Under the pieces are notes generated by a model that saw only the letters and a list, made by a program, of their open reading frames with translations, searched no databases and was not told where the DNA came from. DNA of 20,000 nt. Source: an uncultured virus (IMG/VR IMGVR_UViG_3300009703_000011). Lineage: Duplodnaviria; Heunggongvirae; Uroviricota; Caudoviricetes. Positions 1-8,328 of this stretch are shown here, one piece after another. Position 1 is the stretch's first letter, and every line of letters starts with the position of its first letter. Position numbers and translations under genes: made by a program. The stretch is taken from IMG/VR virus record IMGVR_UViG_3300009703_000011; one strand, given 5' to 3'.

Positions 1-114
1 TTAATCTATTGGTTGATAGATAAGAACGTTGTTGGAGCACTAGAAGCAGAGATATTAAAAATAAATAAACGTTATCCTAATATAAAAGACATTATATGTC
101 TTGAGTTAGACTAG
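1..114 (+). CDS. 3' end of an upstream gene (partial), hypothetical
   Basis: Frame 1 is open from base 1 (LIYWLIDKNVVGALEAEILKINKRYPNIKDIICLELD) to TAG at 112-114, on the same strand as all neighbours. Confidence 0.55.
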   Translation, partial: LIYWLIDKNVVGALEAEILKINKRYPNIKDIICLELD

Positions 115-136
115 CTCTACGTGTTATAGGTATAGC

Positions 137-466
137 ATGACTGAAGAATCCTTAATTTGTGAAGAAGAAGAGCAGGAGAATGCTAATCAAGCTCTCCAAG
201 AGTTACTGGATGTCCTGAGAAAAAGAAATCTACGAACACAAGATTTAGTAGTTGTCTATGGAAATTTAGGATATGCACTAGGAGCCTCAATTGAAGGAGT
301 TGACCAGAGTACTGGTGGTCCTTCAATGCAAGAGCTACAAGAACAGTATTACACAGAGCCAACCCTTGGAGTATCTCTTATGCTTCAAGGCTACTTAGTT
401 ACATCTTGGTATAGCCAAGTGAATGATATGATAGTTGATCTACCCAAGGAGAATAAAGATGACTAA
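137..466 (+). CDS. hypothetical protein, acidic
   Basis: 109-aa ORF overlapping the start of the next gene by 8 nt; no recognisable motif. Confidence 0.75.
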   Translation: MTEESLICEEEEQENANQALQELLDVLRKRNLRTQDLVVVYGNLGYALGASIEGVDQSTGGPSMQELQEQYYTEPTLGVSLMLQGYLVTSWYSQVNDMIVDLPKENKDD

Positions 467-989
467 ACGACCATTACAATACCCAATTTATAAAGGTGTC
501 AAAGGAAACTGGGGCGCACTTCAGTTTAACTTTCAAGCACCTCACTACTACAGAGACAGAGAGAAGGATTTTACAGGCAGGATAGCTCTGGATGCCTCTG
601 GAAAGATTGAAGATGGTTGGCGCCAGAGAGAAGGTGCTGTCTTTGTCGAAGCAGCTACTGCTACTGGACCTAATATTTATGATTGGGAAAACAAGATTAC
701 TTTTGCATGTTCAGTAACTGACATGGGTAAATTGATTCTTGGTCTTACCACTGGTGATAGTACAGACATCATGCATGACCCCGGAGCCAGAGGCCCAAAC
801 GAAGGGAAAGTTCGTAAGCACCTAAAGCTTTATTCTAGTAAGGGGATCACCAAGGGTGGTTGCATGATCACTGTTAGTCTTCAGGAAGGAGATAAGAACA
901 TGGAGCACAAGATTCCAATGAGTCCTGATGAATGCCTTGTCTTGAGACAACTCCTACTTACGGCTGTCTCTAAAGCTCTTGCATGGTGA
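459..989 (+). CDS. Whirly-family single-stranded DNA-binding protein
   Basis: Start moved to ATG 459 (SD AAGGAG 446-451). Motifs YPIYKG..GAL, REG, YDW..K..F..SVTDMG, HDP, EGKVRKHLK, IP...E..VL and a terminal W are colinear with plant WHY proteins as I recall them (YSIYKGKAAL, YDWSRKQVFSLSVTEIG, FHDP, EGRVRKVLK, LLGW). Confidence 0.85.
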   Translation: MTKRPLQYPIYKGVKGNWGALQFNFQAPHYYRDREKDFTGRIALDASGKIEDGWRQREGAVFVEAATATGPNIYDWENKITFACSVTDMGKLILGLTTGDSTDIMHDPGARGPNEGKVRKHLKLYSSKGITKGGCMITVSLQEGDKNMEHKIPMSPDECLVLRQLLLTAVSKALAW

Positions 990-992
990 TAC

Positions 993-1628
993 ATGACTGA
1001 TGAATATGAGTTAGATGAAAGACTTAGGCTCATCTATAACTTTGCATCTGATATCGTAGCCATAGAGAAGGATACCCTTTCAATAGGGATGAGAGACAAG
1101 CTGTCACTTCTTAAGGATATGGCAGATGTGGAACAGTTTACGCTGTCTGAGGTCCAAGATATATTTGAAACCAAAGAGGATGACTTATCTAAAAATAACA
1201 TAATAATTTCTTGTGATGCTTCCATAACAAAAAATCCAGGTGGCCAAGTTGCTGTTGGTTTTGTAATTAGATTTCCTAGTGAAGATAAGCTTCCTACTAT
1301 CAAGATGTCTAACTTTACAACCTCGAAGACTAATAACACAGGTGAATATGACGCTATCTATGAAGCGCTAGTCTTCTTGTTTAATCATCATAACAGACCC
1401 AAGCACGAGGTTGTTGTTTACAGTGACAGTAAGTTAGTTGTAGAACAACTGAAGGGTAACTGGGAAGTAAATGATAAGACCCTGAAAAGAAAATGTGAAT
1501 CAATTCATGAGCTAGTATCAGAAGGTCCCGTGCCCGTATCTATTCGTTGGGCACCAAGGAACTCAACACCAGACCTGGCAGAAGCCAACTTCCTAGCACA
1601 AGATAAGAATAAAGTCCCTAGACACTAG
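993..1628 (+). CDS. RNase HI-like protein with N-terminal extension
   Basis: CDAS..NPG, TNNTGEY, YSDSKLVVEQL.G.W.V and W.PR..N/S..A..LA motifs of the archaeal/actinobacterial-type RNase HI family; the fourth acidic residue appears as Asn (ANFLA). Confidence 0.85.
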   Translation: MTDEYELDERLRLIYNFASDIVAIEKDTLSIGMRDKLSLLKDMADVEQFTLSEVQDIFETKEDDLSKNNIIISCDASITKNPGGQVAVGFVIRFPSEDKLPTIKMSNFTTSKTNNTGEYDAIYEALVFLFNHHNRPKHEVVVYSDSKLVVEQLKGNWEVNDKTLKRKCESIHELVSEGPVPVSIRWAPRNSTPDLAEANFLAQDKNKVPRH

Positions 1629-1639
1629 AGGTAAATACA

Positions 1640-1981
1640 ATGTTCTCTATTACTGGAATGTTTGCCATTCCAAGAGATCCTCATGTTGAGGTCTCAGCAG
1701 TTAGTACTGGGTCCTATATTAACTTTAAAGCTGTCACTCAGGCAAAGAATAAGGGTGATAAGGCAGTCTGGCACCACTGGGATGTTGCCCTATGGGTTCC
1801 AGATGACAAAGTCGAATACTGGAAAGACCAACTTGTATCTGGGAATGTATTTATAGTTGAGCATGCAAGTGTTACAACCTATCCGGTTCAGGATGGTAAG
1901 TATCACAACACCAAGATCAGACTTGAACATAATAAAGTTAAAAGATTAACCACGCCCATGTGGGCAGAAAGCAAGGGATAG
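1640..1981 (+). CDS. divergent SSB-like OB-fold protein
   Basis: SD GAGGT. The pattern G....RDP, F..V......K..WH...V.LW, L..G..F.VE resembles bacterial SSB; no acidic C-terminal tail. Confidence 0.6.
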   Translation: MFSITGMFAIPRDPHVEVSAVSTGSYINFKAVTQAKNKGDKAVWHHWDVALWVPDDKVEYWKDQLVSGNVFIVEHASVTTYPVQDGKYHNTKIRLEHNKVKRLTTPMWAESKG

Positions 1982-1983
1982 AT

Positions 1984-2493
1984 ATGACTGAAGAACTTAA
2001 AGACTTTTTGGATGGCGAAGAGTTGGAACCTGAAGACTTTTTCGAGATGGTTACGATCATGCCCAAGCGTAAGATTAAAATCTCTGCTTACCTTGAGGAT
2101 AAAGATGGTGAGCGTATCAGTCTTACTACCGTATCTAAAAATCTAAATAAATATATCAATAAACACATGACAAACGGTGAGAATACTCCTGTTAACTCTC
2201 AATTGTTTCCACTTATTAATCAGATGATGATCTCTTCTGTTCCAAGAAGTGTAGGCGTTGCAGTCTCTGGCTTCTTGTTTACAGCTCAGAGCAGTAGATA
2301 TGCACTCTCCATGTTTGGTTTAAACATTGCACTCTTGATGCAGTACATTCATAAGCATGAGTTAAAGATCGTAACTGAAGAAACACCAATCTCAGAGAAA
2401 CAACTAGAAGAGTATCTGGCAAGAGAAGAAGAAGCTGGCATTAGATTGGCAGATGCTATTGGAAACTTTTCAGATGAAGAGTATGAAAACTAG
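1984..2493 (+). CDS. hypothetical protein
   Basis: Probable start ATG 1984, 2 nt after the previous stop, with upstream AAGGGA; no motif recognised. Confidence 0.7.
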   Translation: MTEELKDFLDGEELEPEDFFEMVTIMPKRKIKISAYLEDKDGERISLTTVSKNLNKYINKHMTNGENTPVNSQLFPLINQMMISSVPRSVGVAVSGFLFTAQSSRYALSMFGLNIALLMQYIHKHELKIVTEETPISEKQLEEYLAREEEAGIRLADAIGNFSDEEYEN

Positions 2494-3049
2494 ACATCTT
2501 CTTGAGGCAGAGTGGAGTCACTATAAGTTTCCAGTGAGGGGAATCCATATGAGACCTCAAGAAATGATATTACAAATCAGGCCAACCTACTCTACAAGAG
2601 GTTATTACGAAAAAGATTCTTCACGAATGGTTGATAGACTACATGTTCTACACTACCTATATAATAGACAGGCATACTTTTCTAGTTTAGAAGACTACTA
2701 TATTGAAGTAGTCGACAGGGGTTTTGGCAAAACTGGTCAACATAGTGTACAACTTGTAATAACTGATACTGCAGACTACTGGCTCAACTCTCTAGTTAAC
2801 TACTATAAAGTTAATAAATTTTGTTTAGGTTTAGTGCCGCACCATCTTCACAGTGCAACTCTCAAACATTTAAATCCCGGTAGGATAGATAAGATAGTTC
2901 CGATCGGCAAGGAGAAGTACCATGTCTATGTTGATATGCCATATATCAGACACATTCGTGACTCTGGTGCATCTCTACTCTTAGAGGATATGAACTCAGA
3001 TCATCTAAGCAATACGAGGCCTGACTTGCCACTGGATCTAGAAGAATGA
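2483..3049 (+). CDS. hypothetical protein
   Basis: Probable start ATG 2483 overlapping the previous stop; ATGA overlap with the next gene. Confidence 0.7.
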   Translation: MKTRHLLEAEWSHYKFPVRGIHMRPQEMILQIRPTYSTRGYYEKDSSRMVDRLHVLHYLYNRQAYFSSLEDYYIEVVDRGFGKTGQHSVQLVITDTADYWLNSLVNYYKVNKFCLGLVPHHLHSATLKHLNPGRIDKIVPIGKEKYHVYVDMPYIRHIRDSGASLLLEDMNSDHLSNTRPDLPLDLEE

Positions 3050-3633
3050 AATTAATTCAAGCATTTGTATGGAAGGCTAGTGATTCAGATAAGGAACTGG
3101 TAACAAGGCTTATTAGGGCTGTCTATCCTGAGGATCCAGTACTGGTTACAGATGTATTGTTAGACAATAAAGGTGACAGCTTCACTGGTGATGTCCTGCT
3201 TGCCTTTGGTACAAGAGCATACAATATAGTATCTACCGTTGTCGAACAGAATGTCTATCAATTCACGACTCCAGCAAAGCTAAGGTCCTTACCTGAAAAT
3301 AAGATTGCAAGATCTCAGACATTTGAAAAGCTAAAGAAGCTGGCAGAAGAAAAAGTTCAAGTAGAAGATGTAACTCTTACAGATAAAGAATTAGAAAAGT
3401 TCTTATCTAAACAGTTGGTTACTCTACAAAAGTCTTTGAAAGCTAAGGAGACTAAGTACTGGAAAGCTACAACAGCAACTGGGAAGTCTATTGCTATAAC
3501 ACTTTTACCAAATACAAAAGTCCCCAACTGTGAAATCATATTAACCTTTGAAGAGCTGTTCGCTGCCAAATATGCAGTAGAAGCTCTAGGCGTCGACTCT
3601 CTAACCCTTACAGGAAAACAAGAAAATGAGTAA
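3046..3633 (+). CDS. hypothetical protein (weak UDG/HolD-like N-terminal half)
   Basis: 195-aa ORF coupled to neighbours on both sides. VLLAFGTRA and TP.KL...P..K..R...F..L loosely recall the UDG-like alpha/beta fold. Confidence 0.7.
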   Translation: MKLIQAFVWKASDSDKELVTRLIRAVYPEDPVLVTDVLLDNKGDSFTGDVLLAFGTRAYNIVSTVVEQNVYQFTTPAKLRSLPENKIARSQTFEKLKKLAEEKVQVEDVTLTDKELEKFLSKQLVTLQKSLKAKETKYWKATTATGKSIAITLLPNTKVPNCEIILTFEELFAAKYAVEALGVDSLTLTGKQENE

Positions 3634-5365
3634 AGTACTTTATGAAAACTCTATGGAAGAGATTGGTGTAGCAGTTAGGTCACTAGCTCCTTACGTCTGG
3701 GTTCGTACACACGAAGAATCACGTTTCATTGGTGATTTTAATCAGCTAATGACACGTGCCAAGCGTAAGGTTTATGTGTGGTCAATCTGTCAAGGCATTA
3801 CATCTCCCGAAATCTCACTCACTGGTGAGAAGAGCACTGGGATGTTTGCTGGAACAGAAAATCCACAAAAAGCTTTAGATCTCATCTCCACCATGCAGAA
3901 AGATGAAAAAACCTGTCCTAACGGTATCGTTATTGTCATGAGAGATCCCATGATGATACTTCAGGGTCCCATAATTAGGCAGTTTAGAGATTACTACAAT
4001 CACCTGTCGGGTGGTCAGATTACTGTCCTATTCCTATCTTCTGAGCTAGGACATGGACCTGGTGGTAAGAATGCTGGTCTCCCAGCCTCTATACAGAAAC
4101 AGGTTACTGTTATAGATTATGGCTTGCCACTTCTTGATGGTATCGGTGAAGAACTACGTGGTTTAATTAGAAGTGCATCAAGAAGGAATGCTCCAGATGC
4201 TAAGATGCCGAAAGAGCAGCAAGAAAAATACAGGGCACAGCTAGAGAAGTTTAAGTTTACCAAGGAACAGTATTTTGAATTCTCACGTGCTCTTCAAGGT
4301 TTAACTATCGAAGAGGTCAGAGTCGCAGCTTCTAGCTGTTTGCACCACCTTAAAACACTTGATACAGCCTTTCTTCTCAGGTCTAAGAAGCAGATTATTT
4401 CTAGGTCAGATATTCTAGAGTACCTAGATCACTCTGTGAACATGGAAGATGTCGGAGGGATGGATCTTGTTAAGGATTTCTTTGAAGACTATACTGACTG
4501 TCACTCAGAAGAAGCACAAGCTTTCGGTGCAGAACCACTCAAGGCAGTTCTTACTGTAGGTATTCCTGGCTGTGGTAAGAGTTTGACCTGTAAGGCTGTT
4601 GCTAATCAGTGGAAGCTACCTCTTATTCGTATGGATATGGGTAAAGTAATGGCTGGTATCGTGGGTGCTAGTGAATCACGAATGCGTCAAGCTATCGCAC
4701 AAGTAGAAGCAGTTTCTCCATGTGTATTGTGGCTAGATGAGATTGAGAAGAGCATGTCAGGAACCAAATCATCTAACTTCAGTGATGGTGGTACCATGGC
4801 TCGTGTCTTCGGCACTCTCCTCACTGCTATGGAAGAGGGTATGACTGGTGTTACTATTATGGCTACGGCCAATGACATTAGTGCTCTTCCACCTGAGCTG
4901 ATTCGTCGGTTTGATGAGGTATTCTTTATTGACCTTCCTGGACCAGATGAGAGAAAGGAAATCTTTGCTATTCAGTTAAGGATGAAAAACTTTCAAGACT
5001 CTGACATCGATCTTGATCAGGTAGTAGAAGCTTCTGAAAACTATACTGGACATGAGATTGAAAAAGCTGTAAAACGAGGCATTACAAAAGCATTTAGATC
5101 AGAAGAGAAAGTTCTTACAACAGATCTAGTGGTAGAGTCCCTGAGAGACACGAAGCCTCTCTATGATACAGCACATGAGAATCTCAGTAAGATGAGAGAG
5201 AAGGCTCAGAATCGTTACAGGTTTGCATCTTCATGGGCAAAGATTCAAGGAGAAAAGTTAAAAGCAAAACAGAAGACAATGGATGTAAACGACATTGATC
5301 TGCCAGATATGAAAACAGAAAAGAGTAAATCATCTGATTTAGATAGTAATTTACTATTAGATTAA
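3626..5365 (+). CDS. Ycf46-like AAA+ ATPase (SpoVK/Ycf46/Vps4 family)
   Basis: N-terminal WVRTHEE.R, then VGGMD.VK, Walker A GIPGCGKS, Walker B VLWLDEIEK, SRH TAND...LPPELIRRFDE.FF.DLP. Confidence 0.92.
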   Translation: MSKVLYENSMEEIGVAVRSLAPYVWVRTHEESRFIGDFNQLMTRAKRKVYVWSICQGITSPEISLTGEKSTGMFAGTENPQKALDLISTMQKDEKTCPNGIVIVMRDPMMILQGPIIRQFRDYYNHLSGGQITVLFLSSELGHGPGGKNAGLPASIQKQVTVIDYGLPLLDGIGEELRGLIRSASRRNAPDAKMPKEQQEKYRAQLEKFKFTKEQYFEFSRALQGLTIEEVRVAASSCLHHLKTLDTAFLLRSKKQIISRSDILEYLDHSVNMEDVGGMDLVKDFFEDYTDCHSEEAQAFGAEPLKAVLTVGIPGCGKSLTCKAVANQWKLPLIRMDMGKVMAGIVGASESRMRQAIAQVEAVSPCVLWLDEIEKSMSGTKSSNFSDGGTMARVFGTLLTAMEEGMTGVTIMATANDISALPPELIRRFDEVFFIDLPGPDERKEIFAIQLRMKNFQDSDIDLDQVVEASENYTGHEIEKAVKRGITKAFRSEEKVLTTDLVVESLRDTKPLYDTAHENLSKMREKAQNRYRFASSWAKIQGEKLKAKQKTMDVNDIDLPDMKTEKSKSSDLDSNLLLD

Positions 5366-5417
5366 TAAATTAAATGACCCTATCGACAATTATTAAATGA
5401 TCAATTAAGTTGTTCTG

Positions 5418-6034
5418 ATGAGACTAGCCAAAAATACATCAAAACAATCTAATCATAACTTCTTTTCAACTTGGAATGAAAACTCAGCATACATGATGGG
5501 ACTCTTAGAAGCTGATGGCTGTATAGAAAATAATAAAAAAATAACATATTCAGCAGCGGAAAAAAAGATAAAGATCATGTATATAAAACACACCAATTAT
5601 TTAATTCAAACGTAAAAATTGGCGTGGCAACCTGGAAAGGATACAAGAAATATAGATATTCAATAACATCACCACAGATGGTTTCTGATCTAAAAGATGC
5701 AGGATTTCGTTCAGGGCAGCTTCCTTGTATTCCTGAAGGGTTAATGCACCACTGGTTAAGAGGCCTATTCGATGGTGATGGTAGTGTGTATATTGATAAA
5801 ACTAATAAAACTTATGTAAGTATAGTTTTTTCAACTAAAGAATTTGCTACTAGCGTTCTTGACTATATTGTTAGTCAAATTGGCTTTAGTTCAGGAATGA
5901 AAATTTATAAAAAAACAATGGCCGAGTGCTGGTATTTTAGAGTAGCAAAACAAAGTTTAGTAACAGCATTCGGTAATTTAATCTATGACAATTCAACAAT
6001 TAAACTGAATCGAAAATTTCACAAGTTTAACTAG
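5418..6034 (+). mobile_element. free-standing two-motif LAGLIDADG homing endonuclease gene split by a -1 frameshift (ORFs 5418-5615 and 5624-6034)
   Basis: Motif 1 AYMMGLLEADGC and motif 2 HWLRGLFDGDGS. A -1 shift at A_AAA_AAG (5561-5567) joins them into about 205 aa (..SAAEKKDKDHVYK..). More AT-rich than its flanks. Confidence 0.85.
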
Positions 6035-6050
6035 AAAGTAGGAGGATGCC

Positions 6051-6458
6051 ATCAGTCATTGGACAAAAATCAAAATGAAGATCACCAAGGGTGATATTCT
6101 AGAGAAAGCCCTGAAAAGAATGGGTTGTGAATCAGTACAAACTGGTAGTAAGGACATTACACAGTATAATACTACAGAGAAAGCTGACATCTGGGTTGAC
6201 AAGGGTGTTGGCTTTAAACGAGAACAGGATGGTACGTTCTCTATGGTTGGTGATTTTTATCACTCTACCAGTCTGAATAGATACTATAATAATACAGAAA
6301 ACTTTGAGAAGGATCTAAATGCTGCTTATGGTATTGAAGATACACTCGCTCAAGTTTCTGCTCTGAATCTAGGCTTTGACCTAACGGGAAACCTACAGTT
6401 CGAAGAGGATGAAGAGGGTCTTATTCGGCTTGAGTTTCAAAGCTATCAGGAGATGTGA
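6051..6458 (+). CDS. DUF1257 / Ycf35-like protein
   Basis: The in-frame upstream extension SHWTKIKMKI matches the family's MSH(F/W)..IK start; also L..AL..MG and VGFKR..DG.F..VGD.Y. Located between the Ycf46-like AAA and DUF2997. Start is probably ATC 6051 (SD AGGAGG 6040-6045); the ORF track starts at 6075. Confidence 0.8.
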   Translation: MSHWTKIKMKITKGDILEKALKRMGCESVQTGSKDITQYNTTEKADIWVDKGVGFKREQDGTFSMVGDFYHSTSLNRYYNNTENFEKDLNAAYGIEDTLAQVSALNLGFDLTGNLQFEEDEEGLIRLEFQSYQEM

Positions 6459-6646
6459 TGATTAAACTACATGCAATTATTGATCCCAAAACAGGTAGGA
6501 TTGAATTTGAAGTGGAGGGCCTCGTTGGTGGTAAGTGTACTGACATTACCAAGGCCTTACAAGCTGCTCATGAAGTAGAGGATGAAAGGTATACAGAGGA
6601 ATACTTTGTAGCTAGCGAGAATCCAGCATACGTTGAAGATCTTTAA
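6458..6646 (+). CDS. DUF2997 family small protein
   Basis: I.P..G.I..EVEG..G..C...T..L.......T.EYF pattern; SD AGGAG 6448-6452; TGATG overlap with the DUF1257 stop. Confidence 0.8.
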   Translation: MIKLHAIIDPKTGRIEFEVEGLVGGKCTDITKALQAAHEVEDERYTEEYFVASENPAYVEDL

Positions 6647-6661
6647 AAGAACTTCAAACAT

Positions 6662-6701
6662 AAAGCCTATTCATTATTCTTTTAATGGGTAGGCTTTTTT
6701 T
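6662..6701 (+). terminator. intrinsic (Rho-independent) terminator
   Basis: Stem AAAGCCTATTCATTA / TAATGGGTAGGCTTT (15 bp, 2 G-U), 6-nt loop, then a T run; sits right after the DUF2997 gene. Confidence 0.85.
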
Positions 6702-6719
6702 ATAGACAGGTTAGATAAA

Positions 6720-7754
6720 ATGAGAAATATAACAAGAATAAACGAAGAACATTTACAGATTAATGCATTATTTATTCAACCAACGAATGAATGTGTAAAG
6801 AAATGTCCTGGATGCTATGTAAAGAAATGGGGCGAGTCCAATAAAGGACATAATGTCTTAGAAATATTGACTTGGAGGCGATTATTTATACAAATGTCTG
6901 GGTTGTATAATGATAAGTACTATGCCAACCAACTAACATTTGCCATGGATGATCTGCCCTTTTTGTTTGATGGTCCTGACGCTTTTTCTGCACGATCTTA
7001 TATGAAGACCCTTTTGACTTCGTACTGTGATGTAGCCTCATTATCTTCAGATAATAATACCGGAACTGAATTTCATATAACAACAAGCTGTGTAACAAAC
7101 ATAGCATACTATGACGAGTTCTTAGACTTAACCAATATAAGCATGTTAACCATTAGTGAAATTCATCCTATGTCGATTAAGAGACTTCTTGAGTTGAAAA
7201 AAGAGTATCCAGATTTGCATATAAACTGGAATCTTCACGTACCCTATGAAAAGAAAAACCTAGATGCCTTTTTGAATTCCTTTATTAAGATTGCAAAGGT
7301 TGTAGATTCTATCTACATGGTAATCCACAAGCCTGACCTTGGTTTAAACCTAAACAAGAGCCTGACTGATCAATATTTTACTATGTATACTTCTATGAAG
7401 AAACTCTTAGTAAAAGAAAAGATGAACCCTGCAATGCTGACACTAGACGGGTGTGTTAAAGATGCTAAAGATTATGCAGATGATATAAAAAATGGATGCA
7501 GCAGTAACATATCTAGATTTCAGGTTTGGCCTGATGGATCTGTTTCGGGTTGTCCCTACAATACAAAGCCCCCAACTAAATCAGCAAGAACAGACTCATC
7601 TTCCTTTGCGGCGCTTGATGACGTTCTTGATAATATTAGGGCTGCTAATAAGGTATATGAATTTAGTAAATGTAAAATACCAGAGAATCTATATCCAAAT
7701 ACAGATCGTATGTTTATGAAAAAGAATAGATCCTTATTGATCTTGGAGGATTAA
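6720..7754 (+). CDS. radical SAM protein with SPASM/twitch-like C-terminus
   Basis: CxxxCxxC motif (TNECVKKCPGCY) and C-terminal GC....RFQVWPDGSVSGCPY. Confidence 0.85.
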   Translation: MRNITRINEEHLQINALFIQPTNECVKKCPGCYVKKWGESNKGHNVLEILTWRRLFIQMSGLYNDKYYANQLTFAMDDLPFLFDGPDAFSARSYMKTLLTSYCDVASLSSDNNTGTEFHITTSCVTNIAYYDEFLDLTNISMLTISEIHPMSIKRLLELKKEYPDLHINWNLHVPYEKKNLDAFLNSFIKIAKVVDSIYMVIHKPDLGLNLNKSLTDQYFTMYTSMKKLLVKEKMNPAMLTLDGCVKDAKDYADDIKNGCSSNISRFQVWPDGSVSGCPYNTKPPTKSARTDSSSFAALDDVLDNIRAANKVYEFSKCKIPENLYPNTDRMFMKKNRSLLILED

Positions 7755-8303
7755 ATGACAGAAACAACTGATACACAAAAACTTGCAAAACAAACAGTCG
7801 ACACTATGATTAGTGGCTTGCGAAAAGGTAAGGATATTCATGAGCAGTTTGCGAAAGCTGTCCAGGAGAGAATGATGATTCAGGGAAAGACTATGCCACA
7901 GTGGCGTAAGCATTTTTCTGTTAAGATCCCTGACAATCCTGACATCACAGCCTGTAAGGAGACCAGTATGAGACTGATGGAGTTGTTTCAGGAGGCTAGT
8001 TTCCTGAAGGCCATGGCAGATGCAGCTCACTCTCTACAAAAGAAGGGTTATGATACCCAGTATAGGGAGAAGTTTGAAGCAGCTGTCTCTGAGTATAAAA
8101 CTGAAGGTAAGAAGCTTCCGGCGAAGGATACACTTGAAACACTTGCGAAACTTGAGGTCGATGATATCGAATCAGGGTTAGCATATTCAGATCTGTCTGT
8201 ACGATTCTGGAAAGAGATTCTTGAGAATTTAAACTACTTGCGAAAAATAGTGGAAACGTCTACGATAAATAATTCAGTAGAAGCAAAGATGCTTGATAGA
8301 TAA
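7755..8303 (+). CDS. helical protein, possible UvsY-like recombination mediator
   Basis: C-terminal half (VDDIESGLAYSDLSVRFWKEILENL...VEAK) resembles the T4 UvsY C-terminus as recalled; recA lies nearby. The ORF is solid, the function tentative. Confidence 0.45.
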   Translation: MTETTDTQKLAKQTVDTMISGLRKGKDIHEQFAKAVQERMMIQGKTMPQWRKHFSVKIPDNPDITACKETSMRLMELFQEASFLKAMADAAHSLQKKGYDTQYREKFEAAVSEYKTEGKKLPAKDTLETLAKLEVDDIESGLAYSDLSVRFWKEILENLNYLRKIVETSTINNSVEAKMLDR

Positions 8304-8328
8304 TACTGAATTATTACAAGGAGTTTCA

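Noticed and set aside
101..130. Possible sigma70 promoter (TTGAGT...TGtTATAGG)
   Set aside because: Weak match, 18-nt spacing and AT-rich background; cannot be supported from sequence alone.
5366..6050. Group I intron around the LAGLIDADG gene
   Set aside because: Only ~52 nt upstream and ~16 nt downstream are non-coding, too little for a ribozyme core; the flanking genes look complete.
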